From positions 288,001 through 352,000 of the forward strand of contig CBDCUI010000009.1 of NCBI GenBank assembly GCA_965222615.1: a stretch of DNA of 64,000 nucleotides. Direction: 5' to 3'. Source of the stretch: Gammaproteobacteria bacterium. GTDB lineage: Bacteria > Pseudomonadota > Gammaproteobacteria > UBA4575. Every line of letters begins with the position of its first letter. The first letter of the stretch is position 1. This document shows, piece after piece, positions 52,237 through 62,732 of the stretch. Below the pieces are notes generated by a model. It worked only from the letters and a program-made list of their open reading frames with translations, was not told the origin of the DNA and made no database searches. Made by a program: the position numbers and the translations under genes.

Positions 52237-53778
52237 TTATACTATTTGGTTAAATGCAATATGTTCAACACCTGGTGTAGCACCTAAAGTTGGATTACCT
52301 AACACATTTGCAAAGTTACCTTGCTCACCATGCAGTGCCATATAGTTTAATATACACAATTCGCTAAGCGTGGTTACACTATTCGCGTAAGGGCTGGAAC
52401 CGGTATCAACAGCACCATCTGCTTTAAAGTAACCGAGCTGTTGAGAGGCATTACCATTTCTCATAAGGCCTGCAGATGCGATGGCTGGACTGTACACAAA
52501 CATAATACTAGCTGCTCGTGAAGAATTATCTGAACGCCAGCGGAATTTTGTGGTGCCATTGCCATCATCTTCAGGATTATTCCGATCCGCCGAAACTGCC
52601 CCGTCACTGAAAACGTAAATCATTAAAGGTTTACCAAGTGCTGCGGCATATTCCAGTGACGCACCGATGACTTGACCAATTTTAAAGTCTTTACCATCGG
52701 TTTCTGGACGTGGATCTTGGTGATAATCACGACCACCGAATTCCATGGTGCCACATCCACCATAGCCGTTTACCACAACCTTCATGGTTGCTGCGGCTTT
52801 GCGGAAATCACCATCATTGCTAATTTCACCGTTAGGAAAGATATTAGTAAGAATTGCATCTGCCTCTGGATCTAAATCCGACGGCAAGATCGGTGAATTT
52901 AATGTAGCGACTGTCTGATCATACCCACATTGAATAAGTTCTTCTGTAGCTGTCGCTTCATTAATCACACCTAGTTTCAGCTGATTCAGGATTGCAGTTG
53001 CTGCTGCAACACGACCACTTGGAAACCCTTCAGTTTCACCACCACTAAGACTAATGGCTTGACTGCGATTGCTGACTCGAACTGGGCTCAGTGAAGCATC
53101 AATCATATACTCGGGTGCAGTAGAACGCCCACCGGTATCCGAATTACGTGTTCCAATGGTTGCCACAAACTCCCCATTGGCACCGGCTTTGGCGATACCA
53201 TAAATAGGATTATGCGGATTATCACCTGTATCGTTATCCGAACGAGCAGGAATTATTGAGCCATTCACATTAGCACGTGTTGCAGCGCTGGTTTTATCCA
53301 GCATGCCACGTAATAAGGCACTGTTCGGATGCATGGCTAACCCAAAAGAACGATCTACGCCAACATTTTGCGGTGCAATAGCTTGCGGTAAACCAAGTGT
53401 TTCATAACCGTCTGTAGGTATAAAATCTTCTTGGCCTCCCGCACCACCAACCATTACATTTGAACCTGCAATATTGGCACCGCCTCCTTGGTCAATTCCA
53501 ATAAATGGAATCTTACCTGCACCGATGAGACCGTTATTTTCACTGATCTCACAAGCGGCTTTGGCTTCTCTAGAAACTATCGTTGCTAGGCTTGGTAGAA
53601 GAATTGTACTAGTGCCGGCAATAAGTCCTCGTCCTAAGAACTCCCTGCGGGTAACAGGTCTACCATGACCGGTACGTCGGCATGAATCTTTGATGCGCTG
53701 CTCAAAGCGACGATGTGCCTCTTGCGCCCGTCGTTGTTGCTCTCTGTATTTCGCCATTGTTGTTACCTCACTAGCCAA
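52237..53778 (-). CDS. Hypothetical protein with twin-arginine-like motif (DUF1501/DUF1552-like)
   Basis: RPVTRREFLGRG followed by a hydrophobic stretch; GGANIAGSN; GGRDYH; VFSDG. Confidence 0.7.
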   Translation of the reverse strand: MASEVTTMAKYREQQRRAQEAHRRFEQRIKDSCRRTGHGRPVTRREFLGRGLIAGTSTILLPSLATIVSREAKAACEISENNGLIGAGKIPFIGIDQGGGANIAGSNVMVGGAGGQEDFIPTDGYETLGLPQAIAPQNVGVDRSFGLAMHPNSALLRGMLDKTSAATRANVNGSIIPARSDNDTGDNPHNPIYGIAKAGANGEFVATIGTRNSDTGGRSTAPEYMIDASLSPVRVSNRSQAISLSGGETEGFPSGRVAAATAILNQLKLGVINEATATEELIQCGYDQTVATLNSPILPSDLDPEADAILTNIFPNGEISNDGDFRKAAATMKVVVNGYGGCGTMEFGGRDYHQDPRPETDGKDFKIGQVIGASLEYAAALGKPLMIYVFSDGAVSADRNNPEDDGNGTTKFRWRSDNSSRAASIMFVYSPAIASAGLMRNGNASQQLGYFKADGAVDTGSSPYANSVTTLSELCILNYMALHGEQGNFANVLGNPTLGATPGVEHIAFNQIV

Positions 53779-55920
53779 TTAATTAATCGTTATTGCACTA
53801 CTTGCTAAAGCAGCAGTACACACAGCTTGTAAAACTTGGCGTCCTGCAGCATCGTTACAACCGTTTGCACAGTTCAAGTCATTCATCATTGCAACGAACT
53901 CTGCAATAGTTGCTGTACGATCTGGCTGATTTACCAAGTTGTTACCTATGATCTTGTCATACACGGTCCCAGCAATTGCATCCTTCTCGCCTACTTCAAT
54001 TGCACAGTTACCGTCATTAAAGAAGTTTCTGCAGCGAGCATTGTTATTATTACCAACGACTTCGCCACAGTATGTAGTCGCAAGACGTTGAATCGCAATC
54101 TGGTTTGCACCAGCAAAGCCTAATACATTAGAAGTTGGTGGCAATGAATCTCTCAATTCGTTGTACCGATTGCGAACGTCGCTATCGTTCTGACTGATTC
54201 CAGTAAGTGCAGCCATAGTATCGTGCACTTGTGAGAAGATACGTACACCCGCATCTGGCTCTTCGACATCAACCGGATCTGCAGGAGGCACTCCAGGACC
54301 TATCGCTTCTGTGGTACCTATCTGTCCTCCGAGTACTTCAAACTCAAGGTGGAATTGGTCTAATTCCATGCCTAGATCTGATGCAATTAACGCACCTAGA
54401 GGTGAAATTTCTTGTCCAGACTGCATCACTGTCATGTCAACACGTCTAAATACTTGCATTGCCACGGGTACATTGTTGTTGATTCCGATGCGCATATTTT
54501 TCACTGCGATACCCGTTGCATCCGATACAAGTTTTGGTCTTGCAAATACGTATGCAAATGGATCTATTTGATAGGCTTGCATCTCAATATAACCTGGAGC
54601 GCCTAAGATGTTGGCAACATCGAATCGAAGTGCAGTGATTGCACCTGCTCCAGCTTCAAAGTTTTGAGAAATTTCTGCCCCATTGAGTGCTTTGTTATGG
54701 ATGGCAACCATCTTGAAAACACCTCTCCATAAGCGATTGTTGGTGGCTTCATTACCTAAGATGAAGAAATTATCATCCTGCCAATTCAGCATATCGCCTT
54801 GGACAGCCTCTTCTGCGACCAATTGACCATTTACATAAATTTTGCGTCCGCCCTGCATGTTGTCATAGGTCATGACTACATGGGTTAGTTCTGTATTCAA
54901 TACGCCATCCTCAGTGCGTAACTCTGGATTACTTCCATTAGGCGTGTTATTCAAAGTTTGTACACGTGAGATGTACTGTGTGTTGGTTTGCCCCAAAGTG
55001 AAATTACGTCGGCCGGTATCGATTGAATAAGAAACGATACGTGCAGGACCAGTTTGATTATCTGCTTCTGGAATTACCCACGCCTCTACACTGAACTGGT
55101 TTCCACCAGCCAGTAAGTTAAAGAGTTTTTGGCTATCGGTTAAGGATGCCTGAGCTTTACCGGAAACGTTACGTAAGCCACCTTGCGGGTCCCATTCGGT
55201 GCCTTCAAGGTTTAAGGTCATATCGGCGCCAACATTGCTGGTACCCACGGTGGTGTTACCGGTTCCTTCTGCAAAATTAAACACAGTAATCATGTTTGCA
55301 TCTGCACGTGCAACAGACCCTTCTACAGCTTGTGAGAAGTTTGTCGTTGCACTCGCAACCACATTATTTCCACCGCCATTACCACCACCGGCATTTGCTT
55401 GTGCAGCCCAACTCTGAATTGCAATAAGATATTCTGCAGCAATTCTACTGCATTCTGCTCCACAGTTATGATTAGTAAGTGGTCTTTGATACACGCTTGA
55501 TTGGTTTGGAACTGCCAAATTTACCAGCCCTTGACCCGTTATGACTGCATAAGAAGCCGCGGGATCAGCCAATGCAAAATCGACCGCAAGTGAAATTAGA
55601 GGATTATCGTGACACGTTGTACAAAAATTCTCTGGCTTCCTGATTTCTGGATGAAGTGTTGCAGCAAAAATTGCTTGATCATTCGCGGGTGGAGGTGTGA
55701 CGGGAGGATCCACTGGATTTGGCATTGGATCACCACCACCAGTTCCGTTACCGCCTGAATTTCCAGCAGTTTGTGGTGCTGGGTCATCAGAACCGCTATC
55801 ACCACCGCAAGCAGTTAAAGCAAACGCCAGCAAGATCATGCAAACCCATTGTAGTGTATAACTACGCGATTTTGGCGCTTCATTGCTGCTACGTTGAAAT
55901 AAGTAATTATTCTGACTCAT
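53779..55920 (-). CDS. LamG-domain lipoprotein with CxxCH heme-binding motif (ORF track starts at 55962; ATG 55920 has an AGGAG RBS)
   Basis: Lipobox LTA-C; CTTCH; LamG-type FSVEAWV, THVVMTYD, IYVNG, ILGNE. Confidence 0.8.
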   Translation of the reverse strand: MSQNNYLFQRSSNEAPKSRSYTLQWVCMILLAFALTACGGDSGSDDPAPQTAGNSGGNGTGGGDPMPNPVDPPVTPPPANDQAIFAATLHPEIRKPENFCTTCHDNPLISLAVDFALADPAASYAVITGQGLVNLAVPNQSSVYQRPLTNHNCGAECSRIAAEYLIAIQSWAAQANAGGGNGGGNNVVASATTNFSQAVEGSVARADANMITVFNFAEGTGNTTVGTSNVGADMTLNLEGTEWDPQGGLRNVSGKAQASLTDSQKLFNLLAGGNQFSVEAWVIPEADNQTGPARIVSYSIDTGRRNFTLGQTNTQYISRVQTLNNTPNGSNPELRTEDGVLNTELTHVVMTYDNMQGGRKIYVNGQLVAEEAVQGDMLNWQDDNFFILGNEATNNRLWRGVFKMVAIHNKALNGAEISQNFEAGAGAITALRFDVANILGAPGYIEMQAYQIDPFAYVFARPKLVSDATGIAVKNMRIGINNNVPVAMQVFRRVDMTVMQSGQEISPLGALIASDLGMELDQFHLEFEVLGGQIGTTEAIGPGVPPADPVDVEEPDAGVRIFSQVHDTMAALTGISQNDSDVRNRYNELRDSLPPTSNVLGFAGANQIAIQRLATTYCGEVVGNNNNARCRNFFNDGNCAIEVGEKDAIAGTVYDKIIGNNLVNQPDRTATIAEFVAMMNDLNCANGCNDAAGRQVLQAVCTAALASSAITIN

Positions 55921-55964
55921 AACATTTCTCCTAAATGGCATACCTAATTTGTTGGACAACACTG

Positions 55965-57146
55965 TTAGTTACCCATGCAATAAGCAGCCGTCTCAGCAAA
56001 GACTCGCTTCATGCTGCGGTTATTCGCCTCAAAAATATTGGCAATGTTTCGAACAGCTGCCACGTCTGCAGGTCCATTGGGACTGCGATGACAAACTTTT
56101 TCGAAAGCTTTTTTAACTTGGCACTCTGAGAATTGACGCGTTTGCGCGATCTCTACACCCAAACTTTTAGCTCCAGTACCAACTCCATCATTAGGCCCAT
56201 TCCAGCCTACCCATGAACTAGGGCCAGCTCGCCAATAATTAACCCAAGAGTCACCTTGAGTTACATAACCCGTAGGAAAGGTGCCTGCTGCTTGCAAATA
56301 CTTAGGCTGTACTACCCCTGCTGTATAGACAAGTTGTTGTGTGTCTTCGTCAAAATCGTAATAAGCAAATGCACCAGCGAGACCATCCATACCTGCATGG
56401 CAAGTGAGACAATCATTCATAAATATCTTGCTATCTCCACCAGGAGAACGAGTGACATCTTGTCGTACGCGATTTGGATAGGCGGATTTATCGCGGAACC
56501 CATCTATACCCATACACATAAAGTTTAATGTTGCGAAGTTAAGTGCCGCACGGTTAGTTCCAGCAACTAAAAATGCTTCGGCAAAACCACGCGTAGTCAT
56601 AACTCCTGCAGTTTCACCAGAGCCTAGTTGGTCATTTAAGGCAGACTGATTCATGGGAACCAGCATCGCTGGATCACTTAAATCCCTGCGTCTGTTCTGC
56701 AAATCTACGTAGTGATCATTATTATTAGTGGCATATGCAACATCCGTTGCAGCTGCCGAACCAACATACACCGTGTCTGTAGATAAAATTTGATCAAAAG
56801 GAATATCATCTCGAACAAATCCCATCACAGTTGCGGTGGAATCGTTCAGATCACGATAAACAGACTGATCACGATTGGTCCATGGTGTGGCCCAATCTTT
56901 AATAGTTGTATTAATGAAAGCGGGATTATCCATCGCTTCCATTGCTGCACCGATTGCATCTCCGCCTTGAATTTTAGCAGTCATCGAACTCAGTACAGCT
57001 TCTGTAGGAGGCACACCAGTAAGCCGGTCATGCATTCTTTTGGCTTGCTCACGCGGACCTGCGATAGAAACCGACATGCTCGCAATACCTATTAAAAAGA
57101 TAAACGCGCTAAATGCGCTAATTAATTTTTGTCTACTTAAATGCAT
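55965..57146 (-). CDS. Secreted hypothetical protein with CxxCH motif
   Basis: Signal peptide; AKRMHDRLTGVPP; CLTCH; several further Cys. Confidence 0.75.
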   Translation of the reverse strand: MHLSRQKLISAFSAFIFLIGIASMSVSIAGPREQAKRMHDRLTGVPPTEAVLSSMTAKIQGGDAIGAAMEAMDNPAFINTTIKDWATPWTNRDQSVYRDLNDSTATVMGFVRDDIPFDQILSTDTVYVGSAAATDVAYATNNNDHYVDLQNRRRDLSDPAMLVPMNQSALNDQLGSGETAGVMTTRGFAEAFLVAGTNRAALNFATLNFMCMGIDGFRDKSAYPNRVRQDVTRSPGGDSKIFMNDCLTCHAGMDGLAGAFAYYDFDEDTQQLVYTAGVVQPKYLQAAGTFPTGYVTQGDSWVNYWRAGPSSWVGWNGPNDGVGTGAKSLGVEIAQTRQFSECQVKKAFEKVCHRSPNGPADVAAVRNIANIFEANNRSMKRVFAETAAYCMGN

Positions 57147-57629
57147 TGTTGCACCTCTCGTATTTAAACTTTCATATCGATTAACTTCTTAACGCAACAA
57201 CTGCTGCGTAAGCTTATCGACAGCCATATCCCGGACTGTTGTGTTGGAATTTAAGAAAGAACGAAACGAAAAGTGACGAATTATTATCTCTACAGTGAAT
57301 TCAAATATATTTCGATTCACTACTGTTAAGATAAATACAACCCCCTAATAGCTAGCAGTAATTACTTCATGTATTTTTACTGCACGACAAGATTGCCGTT
57401 TCATTGTTCCAAACTCCAGGTACAAATAGTGAACTTAAAAATTTAAAACAATGCTTAAGGCACGATGGATGGATAGTTTTAACCTATGAATGGTAATTGA
57501 CAAAAAATGAAAATTAAATCTTCTAGATATCAATACGTTAACATTGCATAAGAAAAAATACTTAATTAAAAGTTTTTAGATTAAATCAATTTTAAGAAAA
57601 TAACGTTATGAATCTAAGAAAAATTACTA

Positions 57630-57651
57630 TAATGTGATCAAAGCCACGTTT
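57630..57651. promoter_or_regulatory. Possible CRP-type site in the long intergenic region
   Basis: TAATGTGA-TCAAAG-CCACGTTT, 13/16 match to consensus. Confidence 0.35.
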
Positions 57652-57714
57652 TTAAAAACTCTTATTTCTAATGCGGGCGATTTACTGCACACAGTAACAA
57701 TTAATAACAATTAA

Positions 57715-58161
57715 TTAGATAGGCTCAACCTTTAAAACAGTACCATCTAATGAAACCACTTTAATCTTTTGCCCGGCTTCTGTATCCGGACCATTAATCT
57801 TCCACATCGTATCATCCACATGGATTTTGCCATAATTGTTGACGATGGCTTCATTTAAAGTAAATACTCGCCCAACTAATTCTTCACCACGCTTGTTTAA
57901 AGTTGGGTAAGCATTTTTTTCAGGAACTTTTTTCCGATACTGTCGCCAAGCAAGAATAGATAACAAAGAAAGTACAGAAAACAAAGTGATCTGTATCTGC
58001 CAACTCAAATCAGGTAATACAAGTAATAAGATACCCAGTACTGCAGCCGAGACACCAAACCAAATGAAAATGGCGCCTGGTGCAAAAATCTCAATGACTA
58101 TAAAAATAATCCCCAATATCCACCAATGCCAATACTGAAGATTTATTAAAAACTCATTCAT
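57715..58161 (-). CDS. NfeD-family membrane protein (YbbJ-like)
   Basis: WWILG, IEIFAPG, LNKRGEELVGR, DDTMW; downstream of an SPFH gene. Confidence 0.9.
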   Translation of the reverse strand: MNEFLINLQYWHWWILGIIFIVIEIFAPGAIFIWFGVSAAVLGILLLVLPDLSWQIQITLFSVLSLLSILAWRQYRKKVPEKNAYPTLNKRGEELVGRVFTLNEAIVNNYGKIHVDDTMWKINGPDTEAGQKIKVVSLDGTVLKVEPI

Positions 58162-58191
58162 TTGAAACTATCCTTATAATATATCCGTATT

Positions 58192-59109
58192 TTACTCACT
58201 TTTATCTGTTAAGACCGTTTTGGCAATTTCGGCAATACCACCGACAGATCCAATTAAACTGGTAGCCTCAAGTGGTAGCATGACCACCTTTTGATTTTGC
58301 GCCGAACCTATAGTAGCCAATGCATCTACATATTTCGTTGCAACAAAGTAATTCACGGCTTGAATATCACCTTTGGCAATCGCCTCTGAAACCATTTCTG
58401 TTGCATTTGCTTCAGCTTTCGCCAAAGTCTCGCGTGCTGCGGCATCACGTTTAGCCGCCTCTAGTCGGCCATCTGCATCTAAAATAGCTGCCTGCTTCTC
58501 GCCCTCTGCACGCAAAATCTCGGATTGCTTTACGCCTTCAGAAGTTAGAATCTCAGCACGCTTATCACGCTCGGCCTTCATTTGTCTCGCCATCGAGTCC
58601 ACCAAGTCTTGTGGAGGTGCAATATCTTTAATTTCGATACGTGTGACTTTCACTCCCCAAGGTGAGGTCGCTTCATCCACTACGTGCAACAACTCTGCAT
58701 TAATTTTATCGCGCTTCGATAATGATTCATCCAAGTCCATAGAACCCAATACTGTACGTATATTGGTCATGGTCAGATTCAGGGTTGCACGTTCTAAATT
58801 ATTGACGTTGTACGAGGATTTCACCGGATCTAATACTTGGTAAAACACTACTCCGTCCACGCGTACTACCGCATTATCCTTGGTGATCACTTCCTGAGAA
58901 GGTACATCGAGAACACGTTCTTTCATATTGACTTTATTACTAATTCTATCAAACACCGGAATGATAAATCGCAGCCCAGGCTGTAAGGTTTTGCGATATC
59001 TGCCAAACCGCTCCACCGTCCACTCAAAGCCCTGTGGCACACGCTTAGCGGTCATCGTCACTACTACCGCTGCAAATACTAAAATGGCAATGACTAGCTC
59101 AACTGGCAT
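58192..59109 (-). CDS. qmcA: SPFH/band 7 protein QmcA
   Basis: [39 protein letters not shown]. Confidence 0.92.
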   Translation of the reverse strand: MPVELVIAILVFAAVVVTMTAKRVPQGFEWTVERFGRYRKTLQPGLRFIIPVFDRISNKVNMKERVLDVPSQEVITKDNAVVRVDGVVFYQVLDPVKSSYNVNNLERATLNLTMTNIRTVLGSMDLDESLSKRDKINAELLHVVDEATSPWGVKVTRIEIKDIAPPQDLVDSMARQMKAERDKRAEILTSEGVKQSEILRAEGEKQAAILDADGRLEAAKRDAAARETLAKAEANATEMVSEAIAKGDIQAVNYFVATKYVDALATIGSAQNQKVVMLPLEATSLIGSVGGIAEIAKTVLTDKSE

Positions 59110-59124
59110 AAATCCTCCTTTTTA

Positions 59125-59204
59125 CGTAAATATATGGTTTTGAACGTAACGATATGTTTACATATTTTTACAATTATTTCAAGAAAATTCGTAATCATAC
59201 GTTA
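59125..59204. promoter_or_regulatory. Three imperfect direct repeats CGTAA-NN-ATAYG-NT(T/A) in the divergent qmcA/DUF6471 promoter
   Basis: cgtaaatatatggtt (59125), cgtaacgatatgttt (59145), cgtaatcatacgtta (59190). Confidence 0.5.
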
Positions 59205-59247
59205 CACTTGTTAATATATATTTACTTTAATAAATTATAAGTTATGT

Positions 59248-59538
59248 ATGGAAACAGTAATAAAATCCCAAGCTTCTTATCTCCACGATCCTAAGTGGGC
59301 CACCGCAGTTTCTCGTCTGGTCAAAGCCCAAATGGCATCCACCGGCACCACTTATGCCGACTTAAGCAAAAAACTCCAAGAGGTTGGTACTTCCCAATCG
59401 CCAGAGAACTTAAGAGTAAAAATCAACCGTGGTAATTTTGGAGCACAGCTACTTGTACAATTGTTTTTAGTAATGGATAAAACCGATATCGATCTCAAAG
59501 ACATGGAAAAATATATCTTTACTGATAACTCAAATTAA
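59248..59538 (+). CDS. DUF6471-like small HTH-type protein
   Basis: LVKAQM...TYADLSKKL..G...NLRVKINRGNFGA. Confidence 0.75.
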   Translation: METVIKSQASYLHDPKWATAVSRLVKAQMASTGTTYADLSKKLQEVGTSQSPENLRVKINRGNFGAQLLVQLFLVMDKTDIDLKDMEKYIFTDNSN

Positions 59539-59715
59539 ATACATACAGCATATGCACCTACTGGCCTGACTTTTCAATGGCTTACTTACCCCATTGTCTT
59601 TAGGGCTTTACTCAATAATGCTTTTCACCCCCTCAAATACACCTTTTATCCGCTATTAGACCCAACTCAACCCGATGTCGGTAACAATAAGTAGCTACTT
59701 GTTATAGGGACTTAT

Positions 59716-60360
59716 TTGTTAAGGAGAACAGTCTTGTATAAAAGACTCCCAATCATTTTGCTTGTGTTTCTTATGCCTTTGTTAGGCCTTGCTGATCAAA
59801 AGAGCCCTCATCAAATCATTCAAGAGACTGGTGAACAAGTGCTTACCGTACTAAAGCAAGATGAAAAAGCTATACGAGCCAATCCAAACAAAATAAATGA
59901 TTTGATAAATCAAATAATTTTGCCAGTTTGTGACCTAGAAAGAATGAGTAAATACATTCTTGCAAAACACTGGAAAACAGCAAGTATTGATCAACGTACG
60001 AAATTTACCAATGAATTTATGCAGATGCTAATTCGTACTTACGGAAAACACCTAGTTGAATATTCAAATGCGACTTTCACCGTTTTACCTGAGAAAAATA
60101 CGGAAAAAAAATTGTATGAAACTGTAAACACAGAACTCAATCTAAAAAATGGTTCGAAACCATTACAAATCTCCTATGTTTTTAGGACGTCAGATGACGT
60201 ATCGAAGATAGTTGATGTACGTGTTGAAGGAATGAGCATACTAAGAACCTTCCGTACCGCTTTTACTTATGAAATAGCAGAAACATCTTTAGATGAATTA
60301 ATCGAACGCATTGCTAATACAAATAGACCTTCTCTAGCCCTACATACTGCATCAAATTAA
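59716..60360 (+). CDS. mlaC: MlaC/Ttg2D-family periplasmic lipid-binding protein
   Basis: ILPVCDLERMSKYILAKHW, LIRTY, IVDVRVEGMS; not within an mla operon. Confidence 0.75.
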   Translation: MLRRTVLYKRLPIILLVFLMPLLGLADQKSPHQIIQETGEQVLTVLKQDEKAIRANPNKINDLINQIILPVCDLERMSKYILAKHWKTASIDQRTKFTNEFMQMLIRTYGKHLVEYSNATFTVLPEKNTEKKLYETVNTELNLKNGSKPLQISYVFRTSDDVSKIVDVRVEGMSILRTFRTAFTYEIAETSLDELIERIANTNRPSLALHTASN

Positions 60361-60672
60361 TCATTAAGCGAGCAGCTTATATTGCTCCTTATTATTTCCT
60401 ATTCTATAGAACCCTCTGCCCGTGTAAATGTGTAACTAAGAAGTGGGTGGAAATTATGTAGTCAAATTTCCGTCTTTCCTACATACCCAGTTCAAGCTAA
60501 AAACAAGTAAAAATAATATAACTCGTCAACATGAGTGCTCACGCTCAATATTAATTGATGCATAAATCAGCTAATTGGTAAATTTTTTAAGTGTAAGCGG
60601 TGTAATAGCTCGGCTAATATTCAAGATACAATACTCTCTTCACCGATTAGTAGGTCTAGGTGGTATCTCTTA

Positions 60673-60927
60673 GTGTCACATGCTCAAACAACACTTGATG
60701 AAGATAGCATTATCACAAACGTTGAGCCTATATTTGTTTCTCACTACAAATGCGAAATTGGAAGTTCCCCTACCTTAATCGAACTTAAACAGTATCTAGT
60801 CAGTCTTACCTCCGATAAATTAATTTCAATATTGAAAAGCTCAGATTCATTGACTTTCAAATCAATGTCTGCTCATGAGTTACTAGCAATCATTAACATC
60901 TATGTTCGCAAGCTACGTGTTTGGTAA
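60673..60927 (+). CDS. Hypothetical protein
   Basis: 84-aa ORF with GTG start; no recognisable motif. Confidence 0.4.
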   Translation: MSHAQTTLDEDSIITNVEPIFVSHYKCEIGSSPTLIELKQYLVSLTSDKLISILKSSDSLTFKSMSAHELLAIINIYVRKLRVW

Positions 60928-60985
60928 TTAGCACTATCGCGTAAGGTGCGAGTGCAGGTAGAATGTTTTTATTTGCACGCCCGTA

Positions 60986-61396
60986 ATGCTAGAAATATTG
61001 AACGAATATAAGGACTTATTCATTGTTTTAGCATGGCTTTCGGCAGCTCTACTGATAATCAGTATTGCTATCGTCCCCGTCTTAGTTATAAAAATACCTG
61101 CAGATTATTTCAGTCAACAACGACGTATTAAGCTAAGTTCAAAAAGTAACCACCCCAAATTGGCACAATTTTTTAATGGGATAAGAAATCTACTTGGGTT
61201 TATCTTGATTTTATTAGGTTTATTAATGCTAGTGCTGCCGGGCCAAGGTATTTTAACTATTTTGATCGGTTTGTTTCTGATGAATTTCCCAGGTAAATAT
61301 AGACTTGAACGAAAATTGGTTTCCTTGCCTAAGGTGTTGAAATCATTAAACTGGATTCGCGCTAAGGCTAATAAAGAACCCTTCTTTTTATCATAG
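60986..61396 (+). CDS. PGPGW-domain-like membrane protein
   Basis: IPADYF; MLVLPGQGILTILIGL; FPGKY. Confidence 0.8.
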   Translation: MLEILNEYKDLFIVLAWLSAALLIISIAIVPVLVIKIPADYFSQQRRIKLSSKSNHPKLAQFFNGIRNLLGFILILLGLLMLVLPGQGILTILIGLFLMNFPGKYRLERKLVSLPKVLKSLNWIRAKANKEPFFLS

Positions 61397-61475
61397 AGGC
61401 TAACAATCATTAATTTTTCCTGATTTTATGCATACAATACTGCTCAGGAATAAACAACAAAGACAATAACTAGTT

Positions 61476-61898
61476 ATGACAGATCAAACTACAGCGCCAA
61501 CTGCCTCGCCTTTATTCAGCGGTATAACTTTACTTATTGGAATTATTTGTATCAGTGCTGCCGCAATTGGCATTTTTTGGATCAGTAAAATTCTTCCAGG
61601 TCTATACGCATCTTTATCCGAAGACGGTTACTCTTTTATGAAGAACGCAATTATATTTCACGCAGTTTGGCTAGTTTTTTTCTTAAGTCTCTTGCTTACA
61701 GGAATCAAGTTGATTATTTCTGCAATTAATAAACGAACGACTGATCTTGTCCCAGGCCTACCACTTTATTTTGTGGGCGCATCGCTAGTGGTCATCGGAT
61801 TGTTTTACCTCATATTTCAGCAAACTACTTATGCGATAATTGCAATTGTTGCAGGAATACTATGTATCTATTTCGAAGGCGCTGTTGAAATCACTTAA
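61476..61898 (+). CDS. Hypothetical membrane protein (about four transmembrane helices)
   Basis: Hydrophobic pattern; ATG start. Confidence 0.7.
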   Translation: MTDQTTAPTASPLFSGITLLIGIICISAAAIGIFWISKILPGLYASLSEDGYSFMKNAIIFHAVWLVFFLSLLLTGIKLIISAINKRTTDLVPGLPLYFVGASLVVIGLFYLIFQQTTYAIIAIVAGILCIYFEGAVEIT

Positions 61899-62108
61899 CC
61901 AGTTAAAAATACTACACCTCTTAGGTCACCCTAACCAACTTACCCAACATATATTAAAGCTCTGTTCTAAGCTGGTATTTATGTGATTGTATACCGCATT
62001 TTATCGGTATTTTTAGCTGTCTTTATCGGTAATTCCACCATTCCAGCCAGGTTTTGTGTCCCAATACGGCAATAAAAACTCTTTACAAATTATTGTTTTA
62101 AACACGCA

Positions 62109-62732
62109 ATGCGTATAGTACTCAAGTGGGAGCATATGGAAATGCAGCATTCAGCAACAACAGTTCTAAAACACATTTTAATCGCCAGTATTTTTGGTTT
62201 ATGCATTAACAATGCACTTGCCGATGAATATGAAATTGCAAAGTCCGATGACGTCTATCAAGTACCTGATGATTACGATAAATCAGGGGACAAAAAACGT
62301 ATTCATTCTGAAAGCGAATCCATACTTGAAGATGGTAGACTTTTCTTACAGGTAAATTTAGCTTCTTATCATCCCGGTGAAGACAGTGATGATGATTTTA
62401 ATGAGTTTAACCCAGGCCTAGGACTCGAATATCATCTTAAACATTTCTATGTGGCTGGTGGTTTCTTTGAGAACAGTATTGATAAATTCAGTACTTATTG
62501 GGGCGTAGGTCATGAACGATCCATCTTTGTAGACTGGTTTGGGTTGGGTATATTAGGTGGTGTAGTTACAGGTTATGATGGCGGGTTCTCACCTCGCCTG
62601 GCTGTCGTGCCTTCTATGTTTATTAAGAAAGATCGAACTACATTTAAAGCCTATTATGTGCCAGCTGTAGGTGACGTCGATGAGGACGCTATTGGTTTTG
62701 CATTACGCTTCGATCTGGGCGGCATGTTCTAA
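62109..62732 (+). CDS. Outer-membrane beta-barrel, PagP-like
   Basis: Signal peptide; SYH...NEFNPGLGLEY; FENS; VTGY; C-terminal Phe. Confidence 0.55.
   Translation: MRIVLKWEHMEMQHSATTVLKHILIASIFGLCINNALADEYEIAKSDDVYQVPDDYDKSGDKKRIHSESESILEDGRLFLQVNLASYHPGEDSDDDFNEFNPGLGLEYHLKHFYVAGGFFENSIDKFSTYWGVGHERSIFVDWFGLGILGGVVTGYDGGFSPRLAVVPSMFIKKDRTTFKAYYVPAVGDVDEDAIGFALRFDLGGMF

Noticed and set aside
52237-53778. Calling this protein GspF, a label I recall on similar proteins
   Set aside because: It has no GspF motifs or multi-pass topology; the real gspF is at 4610-5827
50648-53778. Treating the methyltransferase as part of the CxxCH/LamG operon
   Set aside because: A strong terminator at 52177-52208 separates them, so they are reported separately
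57375-57400. Possible sigma54 promoter (GGCA...TGCA on the minus strand)
   Set aside because: The GG-to-GC spacing does not fit the -24/-12 consensus
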